From NCBI GenBank assembly GCA_963808975.1, contig CAWEHR010000009.1, forward strand, positions 66,147 through 130,146: a stretch of 64,000 nucleotides of DNA. Reading direction: 5' to 3'. This document shows, piece after piece, positions 1 through 8,672 of the stretch; the first letter of the stretch is position 1; every line of letters begins with the position of its first letter. Made by a program: the position numbers and the translations under genes. This DNA is from an uncultured Gammaproteobacteria bacterium (lineage in GTDB: Bacteria > Pseudomonadota > Gammaproteobacteria > Pseudomonadales > JAHEGP01). The notes below the pieces were generated by a model, which saw only the letters and a list, made by a program, of their open reading frames with translations, did no database searches and had not been told where the DNA came from.

Positions 1-1674
1 GACGCCGTGGCAGCCAAGAACCAGGCGGAACAGATCACCATGGTGCTCTACCCCAACGACGCCAGCGAACAGGGCAAGGAACTGCGCCTGCGCCAGCAGT
101 ACTTCATGGCCTCGGCCAGCCTGCAGGACGTGCTGCAGCGCTGGGTGCGCTTCAACGGCCGCGACTTCGGCGAGTTCGCCGAGAAGAACGGTTTCCAGCT
201 CAACGACACCCACCCGACGGTCGCGGTGGCAGAGCTGATGCGGCTGCTGCTGGACGAGTACCTGCTGGAGTGGGACGAGGCCTGGGCGATAACGACTGCG
301 ACCATGGCCTATACCAACCATACACTGCTGCCGGAGGCGCTGGAGATGTGGTCGGTCAGCCTGTTCGGCGAATTGCTGCCGAGGCTGCTGGAGATCATCT
401 TCGAGATCAATGCCCGTTTCCTGGGTGAGGTTTCCGGCCGCTGGCCTGGCGATGTCGACCGGCAGCGGCGCATGTCGATCATCCAGGAGGGCCCGCAGCC
501 CCACGTGCGCATGGCCTTCCTCGGGATCGTCGGCAGTTATTCCGTCAATGGCGTTGCGGCGCTCCACACCCGCCTGCTGGAGGAGGGCCTGTTCCGGGAC
601 TTTTACGAGTTCTCCCCGGAAAAGTTCAACAACAAGACCAATGGCGTCACCCCGCGGCGCTGGCTGGCCCACTGCAACCCCGGGCTGAAAGCCCTGCTGG
701 ACGAAACCATCGGCGAGGCGTGGGTGCGCGACCTGGACCAGTTGGAGCGCCTGCAGGAATACGCCGGTGACAGCGCCTTCGCTCAGCGGTTCATGGCGGT
801 CAAGCGGGATAACAAGGCGCGCCTGGCCGACCTCGTGCGCAAGACCTGCAGCATCGACTTCGACACCGGCATGATTTTCGACGTGCAGGTCAAGCGGATC
901 CATGAGTACAAGCGTCAGTTGCTCAACGTCCTGCACGTCATCCACCTCTACGACCGGGTGGTGCGCGGGGATACCGACGGGCTTCAGCCCCGCTGTGTGC
1001 TGGTCGGCGGCAAGGCGGCGCCCGGGTACGTGATGGCCAAGCTGATCGTGAAACTGGTCAATAACGTGGCCAACGTGGTAAACCGCGACCGCCGGGCCAG
1101 GGACTGGCTGCGGGTGGCATTCATTCCCGACTACCGGGTCACGGTCATGGAAACCATCTGCCCCGGCACCGACCTCTCGGAGCAGATCTCCACCGCCGGC
1201 AAGGAGGCCTCCGGTACCGGCAACATGAAGTTCATGATGAACGGCGCGGTGACCATCGGTACCCTGGACGGCGCCAACATCGAGATCCGGGAGGCGGTGG
1301 GAGCCGACAACTTCTTCCTGTTCGGCCTGAACGCCGAGGAGGTCGAGGCCTCGCGGCAGCACTACGATCCCCAAGCCATCATCAGCGGTGACGAGGAGCT
1401 GTCCCGGGTGGTGAACCTGCTGGAGTGCGGACACTTCAGCATGCTCGAGGGCGGTATCTTCGAGCCCATCCTGGGCGCGATCCGCAGTAGCGGCGACCCC
1501 TGGATGACCGCCGCCGACTTTCGCAGTTACGTCGATGCCCAGCGGCGGGTCGACGCCACTTTCGCGGACGGCGGTGCCTGGGCGCAGATGAGCATCCTCA
1601 ACACTGCCTGCAGCGGCCGCTTCTCATCGGACCGCACCATCGCCCAATACCGGGACGAGATCTGGTTCAGGTAG
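1..1674 (+). CDS. glgP: alpha-glucan (glycogen/maltodextrin) phosphorylase, C-terminal ~555 aa; 5' end lies outside the window
   Basis: Frame is open from base 1. It carries the PLP-lysine region 'EASGTGNMKFMMNGAVTIGTLDGANIEI' and 'TNHTLLPEALE'. Stop TAG at 1672-1674. Confidence 0.95.
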   Translation, partial: DAVAAKNQAEQITMVLYPNDASEQGKELRLRQQYFMASASLQDVLQRWVRFNGRDFGEFAEKNGFQLNDTHPTVAVAELMRLLLDEYLLEWDEAWAITTATMAYTNHTLLPEALEMWSVSLFGELLPRLLEIIFEINARFLGEVSGRWPGDVDRQRRMSIIQEGPQPHVRMAFLGIVGSYSVNGVAALHTRLLEEGLFRDFYEFSPEKFNNKTNGVTPRRWLAHCNPGLKALLDETIGEAWVRDLDQLERLQEYAGDSAFAQRFMAVKRDNKARLADLVRKTCSIDFDTGMIFDVQVKRIHEYKRQLLNVLHVIHLYDRVVRGDTDGLQPRCVLVGGKAAPGYVMAKLIVKLVNNVANVVNRDRRARDWLRVAFIPDYRVTVMETICPGTDLSEQISTAGKEASGTGNMKFMMNGAVTIGTLDGANIEIREAVGADNFFLFGLNAEEVEASRQHYDPQAIISGDEELSRVVNLLECGHFSMLEGGIFEPILGAIRSSGDPWMTAADFRSYVDAQRRVDATFADGGAWAQMSILNTACSGRFSSDRTIAQYRDEIWFR

Positions 1675-1827
1675 CCCGGCGGACCAGCGCCGGGTCGCCG
1701 GTGTCGACCGCGGGCGGCGCCGGTTACCAGATGCACGCCCGCCTGACGGGCAACCCCGAACTCTCCTTGATCTGCACCAGGCTGAAAGGGTAACGCCAAG
1801 TTGACTCGGCCAAATTGGTAGAATCGG

Positions 1828-1908
1828 GTGATGGATACTGATGAGCGTCACCGATTCCCGCCCGATATCATCAGCTACGCTGTCTGGCTCTACTATCGCT
1901 TTAATCTC
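1828..1908 (+). pseudogene. IS6-family transposase N-terminal remnant (~27 codons)
   Basis: 'MMDTDERHRFPPDIISYAVWLYYRFNL' resembles the conserved N-terminus of IS6-family DDE transposases (RHRFP..II..AVWLY.RF.L). The similarity ends near 1908 and no DDE domain follows. Confidence 0.4.
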
Positions 1909-2169
1909 ATGCCCCAAGTGGGCTGCCAGGACGGCCACCCGGGACGAGGATACCTGCTGCACATGCTTACCAGGGCATGTGGGTTATGCCTGGCTAATTC
2001 AGGTGGCGTTGTGGATCCTGGCGGCCATGTAGTACCCGGATAATTTCAACCCTGCTGGCGGTCACCCGGTAACACAGGGTATGGCATTGCATAGGGAGGC
2101 TTCTGGTATGTGGCAGTTGCTTTCGCATGCTACCCAGGCCGACACCCCCAATCAGTACCTGCAATACAA

Positions 2170-2230
2170 TTGACTGTAATATTACAGTATGCTAGGCTGC
2201 ATTTAAGTACTGTAATATTACAGTATAAAT
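2170..2230 (+). promoter_or_regulatory. Promoter/operator region of the Xre-RES operon with two identical 18-bp sites
   Basis: ACTGTAATATTACAGTAT occurs at 2173-2190 and again at 2209-2226; the core ACTGTAATATTACAGT is a perfect palindrome. TTGACT at 2170-2175 and TATAAA at 2224-2229 overlap the sites. AGGAGG lies about 5 nt before ATG 2249. Confidence 0.55.
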
Positions 2231-2248
2231 ACTGCCCAGGAGGTAACC

Positions 2249-2650
2249 ATGATCGCTCAAGCCGAACAACTGCTGCAACGTGGTTCCAGTGTCACCCGTT
2301 CACTGCTGCCGGCGATTTTCAATATCTTCAGCCAGTGGCGGCTGACGGGTGCCCAGCAGATGACGCTATTGGGACTCAGTAATGAGAAGACCCTTTACAA
2401 CTGGAAGAGCCAGCCCGGGAAGGCCAAGCTGACGCGGGACCTGTTGGAAAGGGCCAGCTACATTTTGGGGATCTACAAGTCCCTGCAAATCCTGTTGCCC
2501 GATCAGCTGCTGGCCGACCAGTGGCTGGCCACACCGAACGACAACCCGCTGTTCAATGGCACGGCCCCTCTGGACCGGTTGCTGGCTGGTCAGGTGGTCG
2601 ACCTGGCCGTGGTCAGGGATTTTCTCGATGCCCAGCGGGGTGGCTGGTGA
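2249..2650 (+). CDS. Xre-type antitoxin with DUF2384 (MbcA/ParS-like) C-terminal domain
   Basis: 133 aa. C-terminal 'WLATPNDNPLFNGTAPLDRLLAGQVVDLAVVRDFLDAQRGG' fits the DUF2384 pattern. Its stop overlaps the start of the RES gene. Confidence 0.8.
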   Translation: MIAQAEQLLQRGSSVTRSLLPAIFNIFSQWRLTGAQQMTLLGLSNEKTLYNWKSQPGKAKLTRDLLERASYILGIYKSLQILLPDQLLADQWLATPNDNPLFNGTAPLDRLLAGQVVDLAVVRDFLDAQRGGW

Positions 2651-3339
2651 TCGCTATCGATACGCTACCCAGTAGTGAGGTCAATGAAACGGTCTATCGG
2701 GTCATACTGTCGCGCTACCCGCAGATCCACCTGTTTGAGCGCGTCTCCAATCCACAGGATTGGGATGTGCTCTACGCCGTCGAGTCGCTGACCAACCCCC
2801 GGCTGCGCGATCAAATCGGTGATATTCGCCTGGTGCCGACGGAAGACCGCGTCTATGGCGATGGCGCATCCTGGATCATGGCGGCCTTTACCCACCCGCC
2901 AGTCGATGGTCGAGGCGGTCGCTTCAACCGGGATTTTGGTATCTATTACTGCGCTGCCGATGAAGCGGTGGCCATCGCCGAATCGTCTTTCCACCGGGCG
3001 CGCTTTCTGCGGGAATCCCGAATCGACAAGACCACCCAGGAGGTGCGGGTCATCCGTGCGCAGCTGGGGCAGACAAACCTTCACGATGTCAGGCACCTGG
3101 CTGGACATGCCATTTACCATCCCGATGATTACGGTGAAGCCCAGCAGCTCGGTGATGCGTTACGAAAAGTCAAAAGCTTCGGTGTTCACTACCAAAGCGT
3201 GAGAGCGAAAGGGGAGTGTTACGGAGTGATGCGTGCCCGGGCGCTCTCCGATGCGGTCCACTGGCATTGTTTGCGCTACCACTATGAACTGGGATCCATC
3301 GTCAACGTGGAATCCCTCGATGGCGGTGGCAGGAGGTGA
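2647..3339 (+). CDS. RES-domain toxin (MbcT/ParT family)
   Basis: GTG 2647 overlaps the antitoxin TGA (GTGA). Conserved Arg/Glu/Ser contexts are present: 'GGRFNRDFGIYYCA', 'AVAIAESSF', 'GVHYQSVRAKG'. The track ORF 2521..3339 shares this frame, and I trimmed it to the coupled start. Confidence 0.85.
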   Translation: MIAIDTLPSSEVNETVYRVILSRYPQIHLFERVSNPQDWDVLYAVESLTNPRLRDQIGDIRLVPTEDRVYGDGASWIMAAFTHPPVDGRGGRFNRDFGIYYCAADEAVAIAESSFHRARFLRESRIDKTTQEVRVIRAQLGQTNLHDVRHLAGHAIYHPDDYGEAQQLGDALRKVKSFGVHYQSVRAKGECYGVMRARALSDAVHWHCLRYHYELGSIVNVESLDGGGRR

Positions 3340-3344
3340 TGGCA

Positions 3345-3938
3345 ATGTGTAAAGAGCTGCTTTGGATCTTCACCCAACTGCCAGACGCTTACATCGCTCT
3401 GGACACCGAAACCACCGGACTCCCTGACGAAAACGGCCCACCGGATATCGTGACACTTGGCATCACTGTGGTGAGAAATCGAGAGATAGCTGAATCGGTA
3501 GAGTTTAAAACACGACCGCAGAAACGCATTTTAGAAGAAGCGCAGTCGATACACGGCGTTACCAACGAACAGGCTGCAGGATTTGATTCCTTTGATTCCC
3601 AATGGAACCCGATTGCCGAATACCTGAAAGATCAGCTCATCGTGATTCACAACGCGAGTTTTGACTGGCCGATCCTGCTGGACCACGTCGCTCGATACGG
3701 AATGGCAATGCCAATAATACAAGGTGTTTTTTGCAGTCAGGCAGCAGCTATTCCCTGGGCGAATGTAATGAAACTTCCATGCAGTCACAGAGGCCCATCG
3801 CTGGATACCTTAACGGAAACGTTCGGCGTTGAAAATTTCAGAGCCAAGGACAGCGGGTTGCACGGGGCGGAGATAGATAGTCAGCAAACCGCTCGAGTGG
3901 TGGAAGCCATGCGGCAATCCGGAAGTGGTTCGATATGA
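3345..3938 (+). CDS. DEDDh 3'-5' exonuclease (DnaQ/RNase T-like), third gene of the RES operon
   Basis: ExoI 'ALDTETTGL', ExoII 'HNASFDWPIL', ExoIII 'HGAEIDSQQ'. AGGAGG (3331-3336) lies inside the RES 3' end, 8 nt before ATG 3345. Alternative starts are GTG 3336 and ATG 3339. Confidence 0.85.
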   Translation: MCKELLWIFTQLPDAYIALDTETTGLPDENGPPDIVTLGITVVRNREIAESVEFKTRPQKRILEEAQSIHGVTNEQAAGFDSFDSQWNPIAEYLKDQLIVIHNASFDWPILLDHVARYGMAMPIIQGVFCSQAAAIPWANVMKLPCSHRGPSLDTLTETFGVENFRAKDSGLHGAEIDSQQTARVVEAMRQSGSGSI

Positions 3939-4016
3939 AGTACGACCCTGTTCCGCATGAGCGGTATTTCTCTCTGGTGCTCAAACCCGACGCTGACTCT
4001 GACCAGCAAGACTCGC

Positions 4017-4202
4017 TCAATTTGGAGTGATCAGAAACGCACTGCTTGGCTGGAGGTGATCGCCTTCAGCGACATCCGTGCGTTGGTTGCCCAGTTGCGG
4101 ATCTTCGGCTAACCAGCCAAAGCGTTTTTCGAGTGCTTTCAGATAAGTATTATGTTTTCGTTTACCCCATTGGCGCTCTGTAAAGCGGCCGATGTTTTCA
4201 AA
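4017..4202 (-). pseudogene. ParE/RelE-family toxin remnant (no start codon, N-terminus missing)
   Basis: Open stretch 'FENIGRFTERQWGKRKHNTYLKALEKRFGWLAEDPQLGNQRTDVAEGDH..' matches the ParE pattern (WG....Y...L...F..LAE.P.LG..R.D). It is bounded upstream by TAA and has no Met. Confidence 0.45.
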
Positions 4203-4280
4203 TTATGCCGAGCCCCGGGGTTGACTCTGAATCTGGACATCGGGCTTCGTTATCCAGATCGCTGATGAGAGTGTGATGTT

Positions 4281-6803
4281 CTATGTCTTGCGTCCCATTT
4301 GGATCGCCGCCGCCTCGGCTTCGGCAGCATCGGCACTTTTGATGAGCGCTTCAGCCTCTTCGGTGAGTTCCTCGGCAAGCAAAGCCTTTGCGGCCCGGCG
4401 TTTCCTGGCCGCGAGCATGCTCAGATTTTCGATGCGCGCGAGCTGCTCTGCGGTTAACCGCGGCGGAGCAGACTGACCGTCAACGGGCAATAAAGGCCGC
4501 GTGGCCCGTTTATGGATGCTGATCATCCCGGCGCCGGCAAGCTGCTCGAGTGCGTGCCAGGTCGAGGTGTCGAGAACCTGTAGTGTCGGCCTGTCGCCTC
4601 GCCAGTCAGTTTCCTCGAATAGCGCCTCGACGCGGGCACGTTCGGCGACGTTATTCAGCACAGCCATGATCACCGGCGTCGGTGAGCCGGGCACCCAGGT
4701 CTCATCGCATTGGGTGAGATGTTCGCCCAGTACTGCTTTGGCTCGGGTCGCGAAATGCACAGCGGGATCTGCCGGTGGGGGCGTTGCGGCTGTGCTTTGC
4801 GTTGGCACGACCGCCATGACCTGCTCGAGACGCTTGAGGAATGCCTGGCGGCCGCTCCGGAGTGTCATTTTGGTAAGATCGCCCGTGCCATCGAGAACGC
4901 CCTGGGCGAGCTCCATTTTTTGTGACAGGGAGGCCAGCATACCGTGCTCGATCGTGCCCTCGGCAACCAGATTGACGACCGTAACCGGGTTCAGCTGGTT
5001 CTTGCGCCAAGCGCGCGCGATCCGCTGTTCGAGCTTGGCCGGGTTCCAGGGCAAGTCACAATTGATGACGACGCTGGCATTCTGCAGGTTGAGCCCGACG
5101 CCCCCCGAGTCGGTGCTGAGGAACAACCGGCAGTCTGGATCCTGACGGAAGGCGAGGATCTCTGCGCGACGTTGTTTCTGCGGGACTGAGCCGGTGTGCC
5201 AGGCATAACCGATGCGGTGTTTGTCCGCCCATTCCCGCACTCGATCGAGCATGCCGACCCACTCCGAAAAAACGATAACTTTGACGTCGCTGTCCTCCAG
5301 ACACTCTTCCAGAACTCGGGCAAGTTCGTCGAGTTTCGGGCAGTCGCGTGAGGGGTTGTCTTTCATGATCCCCGGTGAGTCGCAGATCATTCGCAGCATG
5401 TTCAGCAGAACCATCAGCAGGTCCTGCTCCTTCGAGGTAAGAGCGCGTCGTTTTGATCGCGCCATCAGGTCGGCAACCTGCCTGTTAAGTGCGGCATATT
5501 CATCGCGCATTGCCTGCGTGAGCTTGACCAGGTGTGTACGGTCCGTGCGGTCTGGGAGCTCGGTCTCGACATCCGCCTTGCGGCGGCGAAGCATTATTGG
5601 ACGTACGCTTTCACGCAGTTTATCGAGGTTCTTGTAACCCGCTGGACGGCCGCGCTCGTCCAGCTCGTAATACTCGCGATTGAAGCGGAACAGCGGACCC
5701 AGGATAGCAGGGTCGAGAAAATCGACAATCGAGCGCAATTCGTCGATCCGATTTTCAAGCGGCGTGCCGGTCAGCACGAAAGCGTAGCGGCTTTCCAGCC
5801 GCTTGACCGCCTGAGCGGTCTTGGTAGACCAGTTCTTGATCCGCTGGGCTTCATCGAGCACGACGATGTCCGGACGCAGCCGCGCATTGATGTCGAGACT
5901 GTCGGCAAGAATCTGTTCGTAGTTCGAAACTGTAAAGAACGGCGGATCCGGTTCGGCATAGATCCTTGCTCGCCGCGCGCGCCCACCGAATACCAGACGC
6001 AGCGGCAGGTCAGAGAATCGAAGGATCTGCTCCTCCCATTCAGTCTTTAACGAGGCGGGTGTAACAATCAGCACGCGTCGCGCCTTGCCGAGGTGGCGCA
6101 GGAGCGCGCAGGCTGCAATCGCCTGGATAGTTTTGCCGAGGCCCATCTCGTCGGCCAGCAGCGCGCGTTCGTTGAAGGCAAGGTGCAGCATACCTTCGCG
6201 TTGGTAGGGGAGTAGTGGGCTATGTGTAATCTGTTCCGGTTGCGTGCCATTGGCAACGCCTGCGGTATATTCGCGGCGGCTTATGATGCGGTCTTGCTCG
6301 CGGCCTCGCATCTCAATCCACGGCGGAACTTCATCTGAAATCCTAATAGATCGGCTACGCGAGGCCCTGAATTCCTCGAGCAGTTCTTCAGCACTCAGGC
6401 CATTTACCTGGAGTCCGCTGCTGTCGAAACGTGCGCGCAGTCGGGGCGGCAGTTTCCCGATGTTGCGCTCCACACGCAGGCGGCCAGCCGGAAAGTCCGG
6501 CACGATGTCCACTCGCTTCGACGAGATGCGCTCGGCGGTTTTGAACTCCTCGCGGTGGCGACGCGCAAGTTGGAGCAGGATCGACTCGATGTGCTTGCAG
6601 GTACCGAGTCCATTGATGCCAAAATCAGTGCAGCTACAGTAGAACTGCCGTGAAGGGAGATCGCGGATCTCGGCGCGATAGGTCATACCACTTGGCGAGC
6701 AGATCTCAAAATTCGAAAAAAATCGGATGTTTGGGCTCAAGATTGGTGATCCGGTGACGCTCTTCCCTCGCACGGAGTTTGCGCTTCGCAAGTTCATGCT
6801 CAT
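4281..6803 (-). CDS. SNF2-family helicase with N-terminal SWIM zinc finger (main frame; see frameshift note)
   Basis: SWIM 'CSCTDFGINGLGTCKHIESI'; motif I 'LADEMGLGKTIQAIA'; motif II 'DEAQRIKN'; helicase-C 'DSGGVGLNLQNASVVINCDLPWNPAKLEQRIARAWR'. The first ~29 codons of the track ORF look non-coding. Confidence 0.85.
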   Translation of the reverse strand: MSMNLRSANSVRGKSVTGSPILSPNIRFFSNFEICSPSGMTYRAEIRDLPSRQFYCSCTDFGINGLGTCKHIESILLQLARRHREEFKTAERISSKRVDIVPDFPAGRLRVERNIGKLPPRLRARFDSSGLQVNGLSAEELLEEFRASRSRSIRISDEVPPWIEMRGREQDRIISRREYTAGVANGTQPEQITHSPLLPYQREGMLHLAFNERALLADEMGLGKTIQAIAACALLRHLGKARRVLIVTPASLKTEWEEQILRFSDLPLRLVFGGRARRARIYAEPDPPFFTVSNYEQILADSLDINARLRPDIVVLDEAQRIKNWSTKTAQAVKRLESRYAFVLTGTPLENRIDELRSIVDFLDPAILGPLFRFNREYYELDERGRPAGYKNLDKLRESVRPIMLRRRKADVETELPDRTDRTHLVKLTQAMRDEYAALNRQVADLMARSKRRALTSKEQDLLMVLLNMLRMICDSPGIMKDNPSRDCPKLDELARVLEECLEDSDVKVIVFSEWVGMLDRVREWADKHRIGYAWHTGSVPQKQRRAEILAFRQDPDCRLFLSTDSGGVGLNLQNASVVINCDLPWNPAKLEQRIARAWRKNQLNPVTVVNLVAEGTIEHGMLASLSQKMELAQGVLDGTGDLTKMTLRSGRQAFLKRLEQVMAVVPTQSTAATPPPADPAVHFATRAKAVLGEHLTQCDETWVPGSPTPVIMAVLNNVAERARVEALFEETDWRGDRPTLQVLDTSTWHALEQLAGAGMISIHKRATRPLLPVDGQSAPPRLTAEQLARIENLSMLAARKRRAAKALLAEELTEEAEALIKSADAAEAEAAAIQMGRKT

Positions 6804-6909
6804 CGCTCGTGCGCCAATCAGTGGGGGGTGGCAAACCGGCGGCAGTTGCCCCGGATTTTATTGCACGTTTCTGTGCAGGCGTGTGTTTCTTCTTCCCTAC
6901 TTTGGCCAT
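6706..6909 (-). CDS. Probable authentic 5' segment of the SNF2 gene in another frame, separated by an A7/T7 homopolymer
   Basis: The 67-aa ORF 'MAKVGKKKHTPAQKR...RITNLEPKHPIFFEF*' ends at the run 6716-6722. Removing one base gives '...KHPIFSNFEICSPSGMTYRAEIRDL...', which reads straight into the SWIM region. Confidence 0.5.
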   Translation of the reverse strand: MAKVGKKKHTPAQKRAIKSGATAAGLPPPTDWRTSDEHELAKRKLRAREERHRITNLEPKHPIFFEF

Positions 6910-7877
6910 ATTGTTTGCCCTGTGGTGCGAATTTCGTCGTTACAGGCAACAAGCAAACGCAGCCGTATCAATCCGAGCTGACCGCCAGTCATGTTGGTTG
7001 CCTGCATTTCCGATCAATACCGCAGTGCCTTACCAAGATCAGCAGTGGCGTTCCAGTGAATTTACGATCATGGTGCTTTTCATATTATCCGCTTTCGGGT
7101 AAGGACTTAAGCATAAGAAAATAAGAAGGAAATTACGACTATTGCGAACAGTAGTCCCCATGGTGTTTATTTGCGTTTAGAACGGTAGAAGACGGCGATT
7201 CCACGAAAAGAAAATTTGTGACCGCCGGAGGCTATATGCCCCCACATGCGTGGGGAGCAGTCTAATTGTAGCTATATGGTAACTACTTACCCCCCTCCAT
7301 CAAAAAAGGGTTGACAGGTTTTTCGGCTGACCTTTCTCGTAAATCCGGGTGACAGCAAAATGTCCAGCTTATAGCGGCTCAGTTTCGGCATGAGCGCTAA
7401 TCTCCTGCCTTATGTATGTGCCGGTCCAACTACGCGGTTATTCGCCGCTGTTCTGCATTAGCTGCCTGACGCCCCAATTTTTCTGATCGCCTGAACCGCA
7501 ACCAATCGTGTCGTCCGAGCGCAGCCCGACACGCCCTGGGCGCGGGCATCGGCGGTGTCGGTGCGTCCGGCGGTCCAGGCTGAGGTTGGGTTGATCCATG
7601 TCTTAGCTCATGGTCAATTAACCCTAGAAACCCCAGTTGGGCACGGAATTATCGGGAAGTCCCAGCTCGCCAGAATGCCCTATCAGAGGCGATGCATCAC
7701 TCGCCGGAATTTATTCGATGCCGGGACCGTCAGTGTTTACCTATGGCCCCAGGAAGCCCGGGCCCAGATGATGTCCAAACGAAATTTGCAATTGGGCCCA
7801 AAAAAGCCCGTGAACCCGCGTAAGATTGATGCGCGGCTTCGCTGGGTTTGCCGTTACATGATGTTACTATTGTGGAG

Positions 7878-8423
7878 TCAGGAAGCCGATGCTGGTTGTT
7901 GGTTTGCTCCTACCAGACATACGACCATGCGGCAGGGCATTTTGCTTTTGTTATGCCACGCGTGTCTCGTGCCATTTTGTATCAGTGTATCACCGGCAGA
8001 CAGATGTACTTCTTGTCCATCGCCCAGTTCCAGCGAGATATCGCCGGCAATGACGTAAATAAAGTCGGTCGTAGCTGATGCGTGCATTCTCGGATTATCG
8101 GGATCTTGCGTCGCCACTAAGCCTGGCCATATTGTTTCCAGTTCAGAGCGCACAGCTTCCGGATCGACGTAAGTAAGCTTGGTACTTGATTCAGGTGCAA
8201 AAGTGACCACGGTAAACCTGAAGCCCCCCAGCGGTGGGAAATAGTTTGCAAAAGGCGCCATTGACCCGTCGTTAGGCAAGGTTGGCGGCCCGTCGGCTCC
8301 CCATATCGTATGCTGTTCAAAGCCCGGGAACGGCGCAGCCGTCTCACCATCAACTGTCGAATCACTCGCGATCGTGGTTTTTCTATCCTTCGTGTGGCCG
8401 GTGACGACCCGCCTAATCCCCAT
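7878..8423 (-). CDS. cupin-domain protein
   Basis: 181 aa. C-terminal cupin barrel 'DFIYVIAGDISLELGDGQEVHLSAGDTLIQNGTRHAWHN'. Confidence 0.75.
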   Translation of the reverse strand: MGIRRVVTGHTKDRKTTIASDSTVDGETAAPFPGFEQHTIWGADGPPTLPNDGSMAPFANYFPPLGGFRFTVVTFAPESSTKLTYVDPEAVRSELETIWPGLVATQDPDNPRMHASATTDFIYVIAGDISLELGDGQEVHLSAGDTLIQNGTRHAWHNKSKMPCRMVVCLVGANQQPASAS

Positions 8424-8672
8424 GGCTAACGCTCCTGATCTGTCGAATGTGTTGCCAAAAAGCCTCCATCAGCGGTGCCGCTCAGCCGATTCCGGGCTGA
8501 CAGCAACCGCCTTGAACCCAGCACCTTGCGGTGAGAAATGGCAGACCTCCAGGTTACCACCCGCTACCGCCGGCAGAGCTGCAGCAGGAGACAAAATGAG
8601 GGCAGGCAGAATCGATCCGCGCCTCATGACCTGCCTATGCATAATAAAGTTGACCGGCTTCAGGAGTATCGA

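Noticed and set aside
2173-2226. LexA (SOS) boxes, because of the TACTGT...ACAGTA ends
   Set aside because: The spacing is CTGT-N6-ACAG, not the CTGT-N8-ACAG of gammaproteobacterial SOS boxes. An operator for the adjacent Xre antitoxin is the simpler reading.
3934-4029. 31-codon ORF (MKYDPVPHERYFSLVLKPDADSDQQDSLNLE) overlapping the exonuclease stop by ATGA, as a possible fourth operon member
   Set aside because: The coupling signal is suggestive, but the ORF is very short, I recognised no motif, and it runs into the ParE remnant on the opposite strand. The evidence is insufficient.
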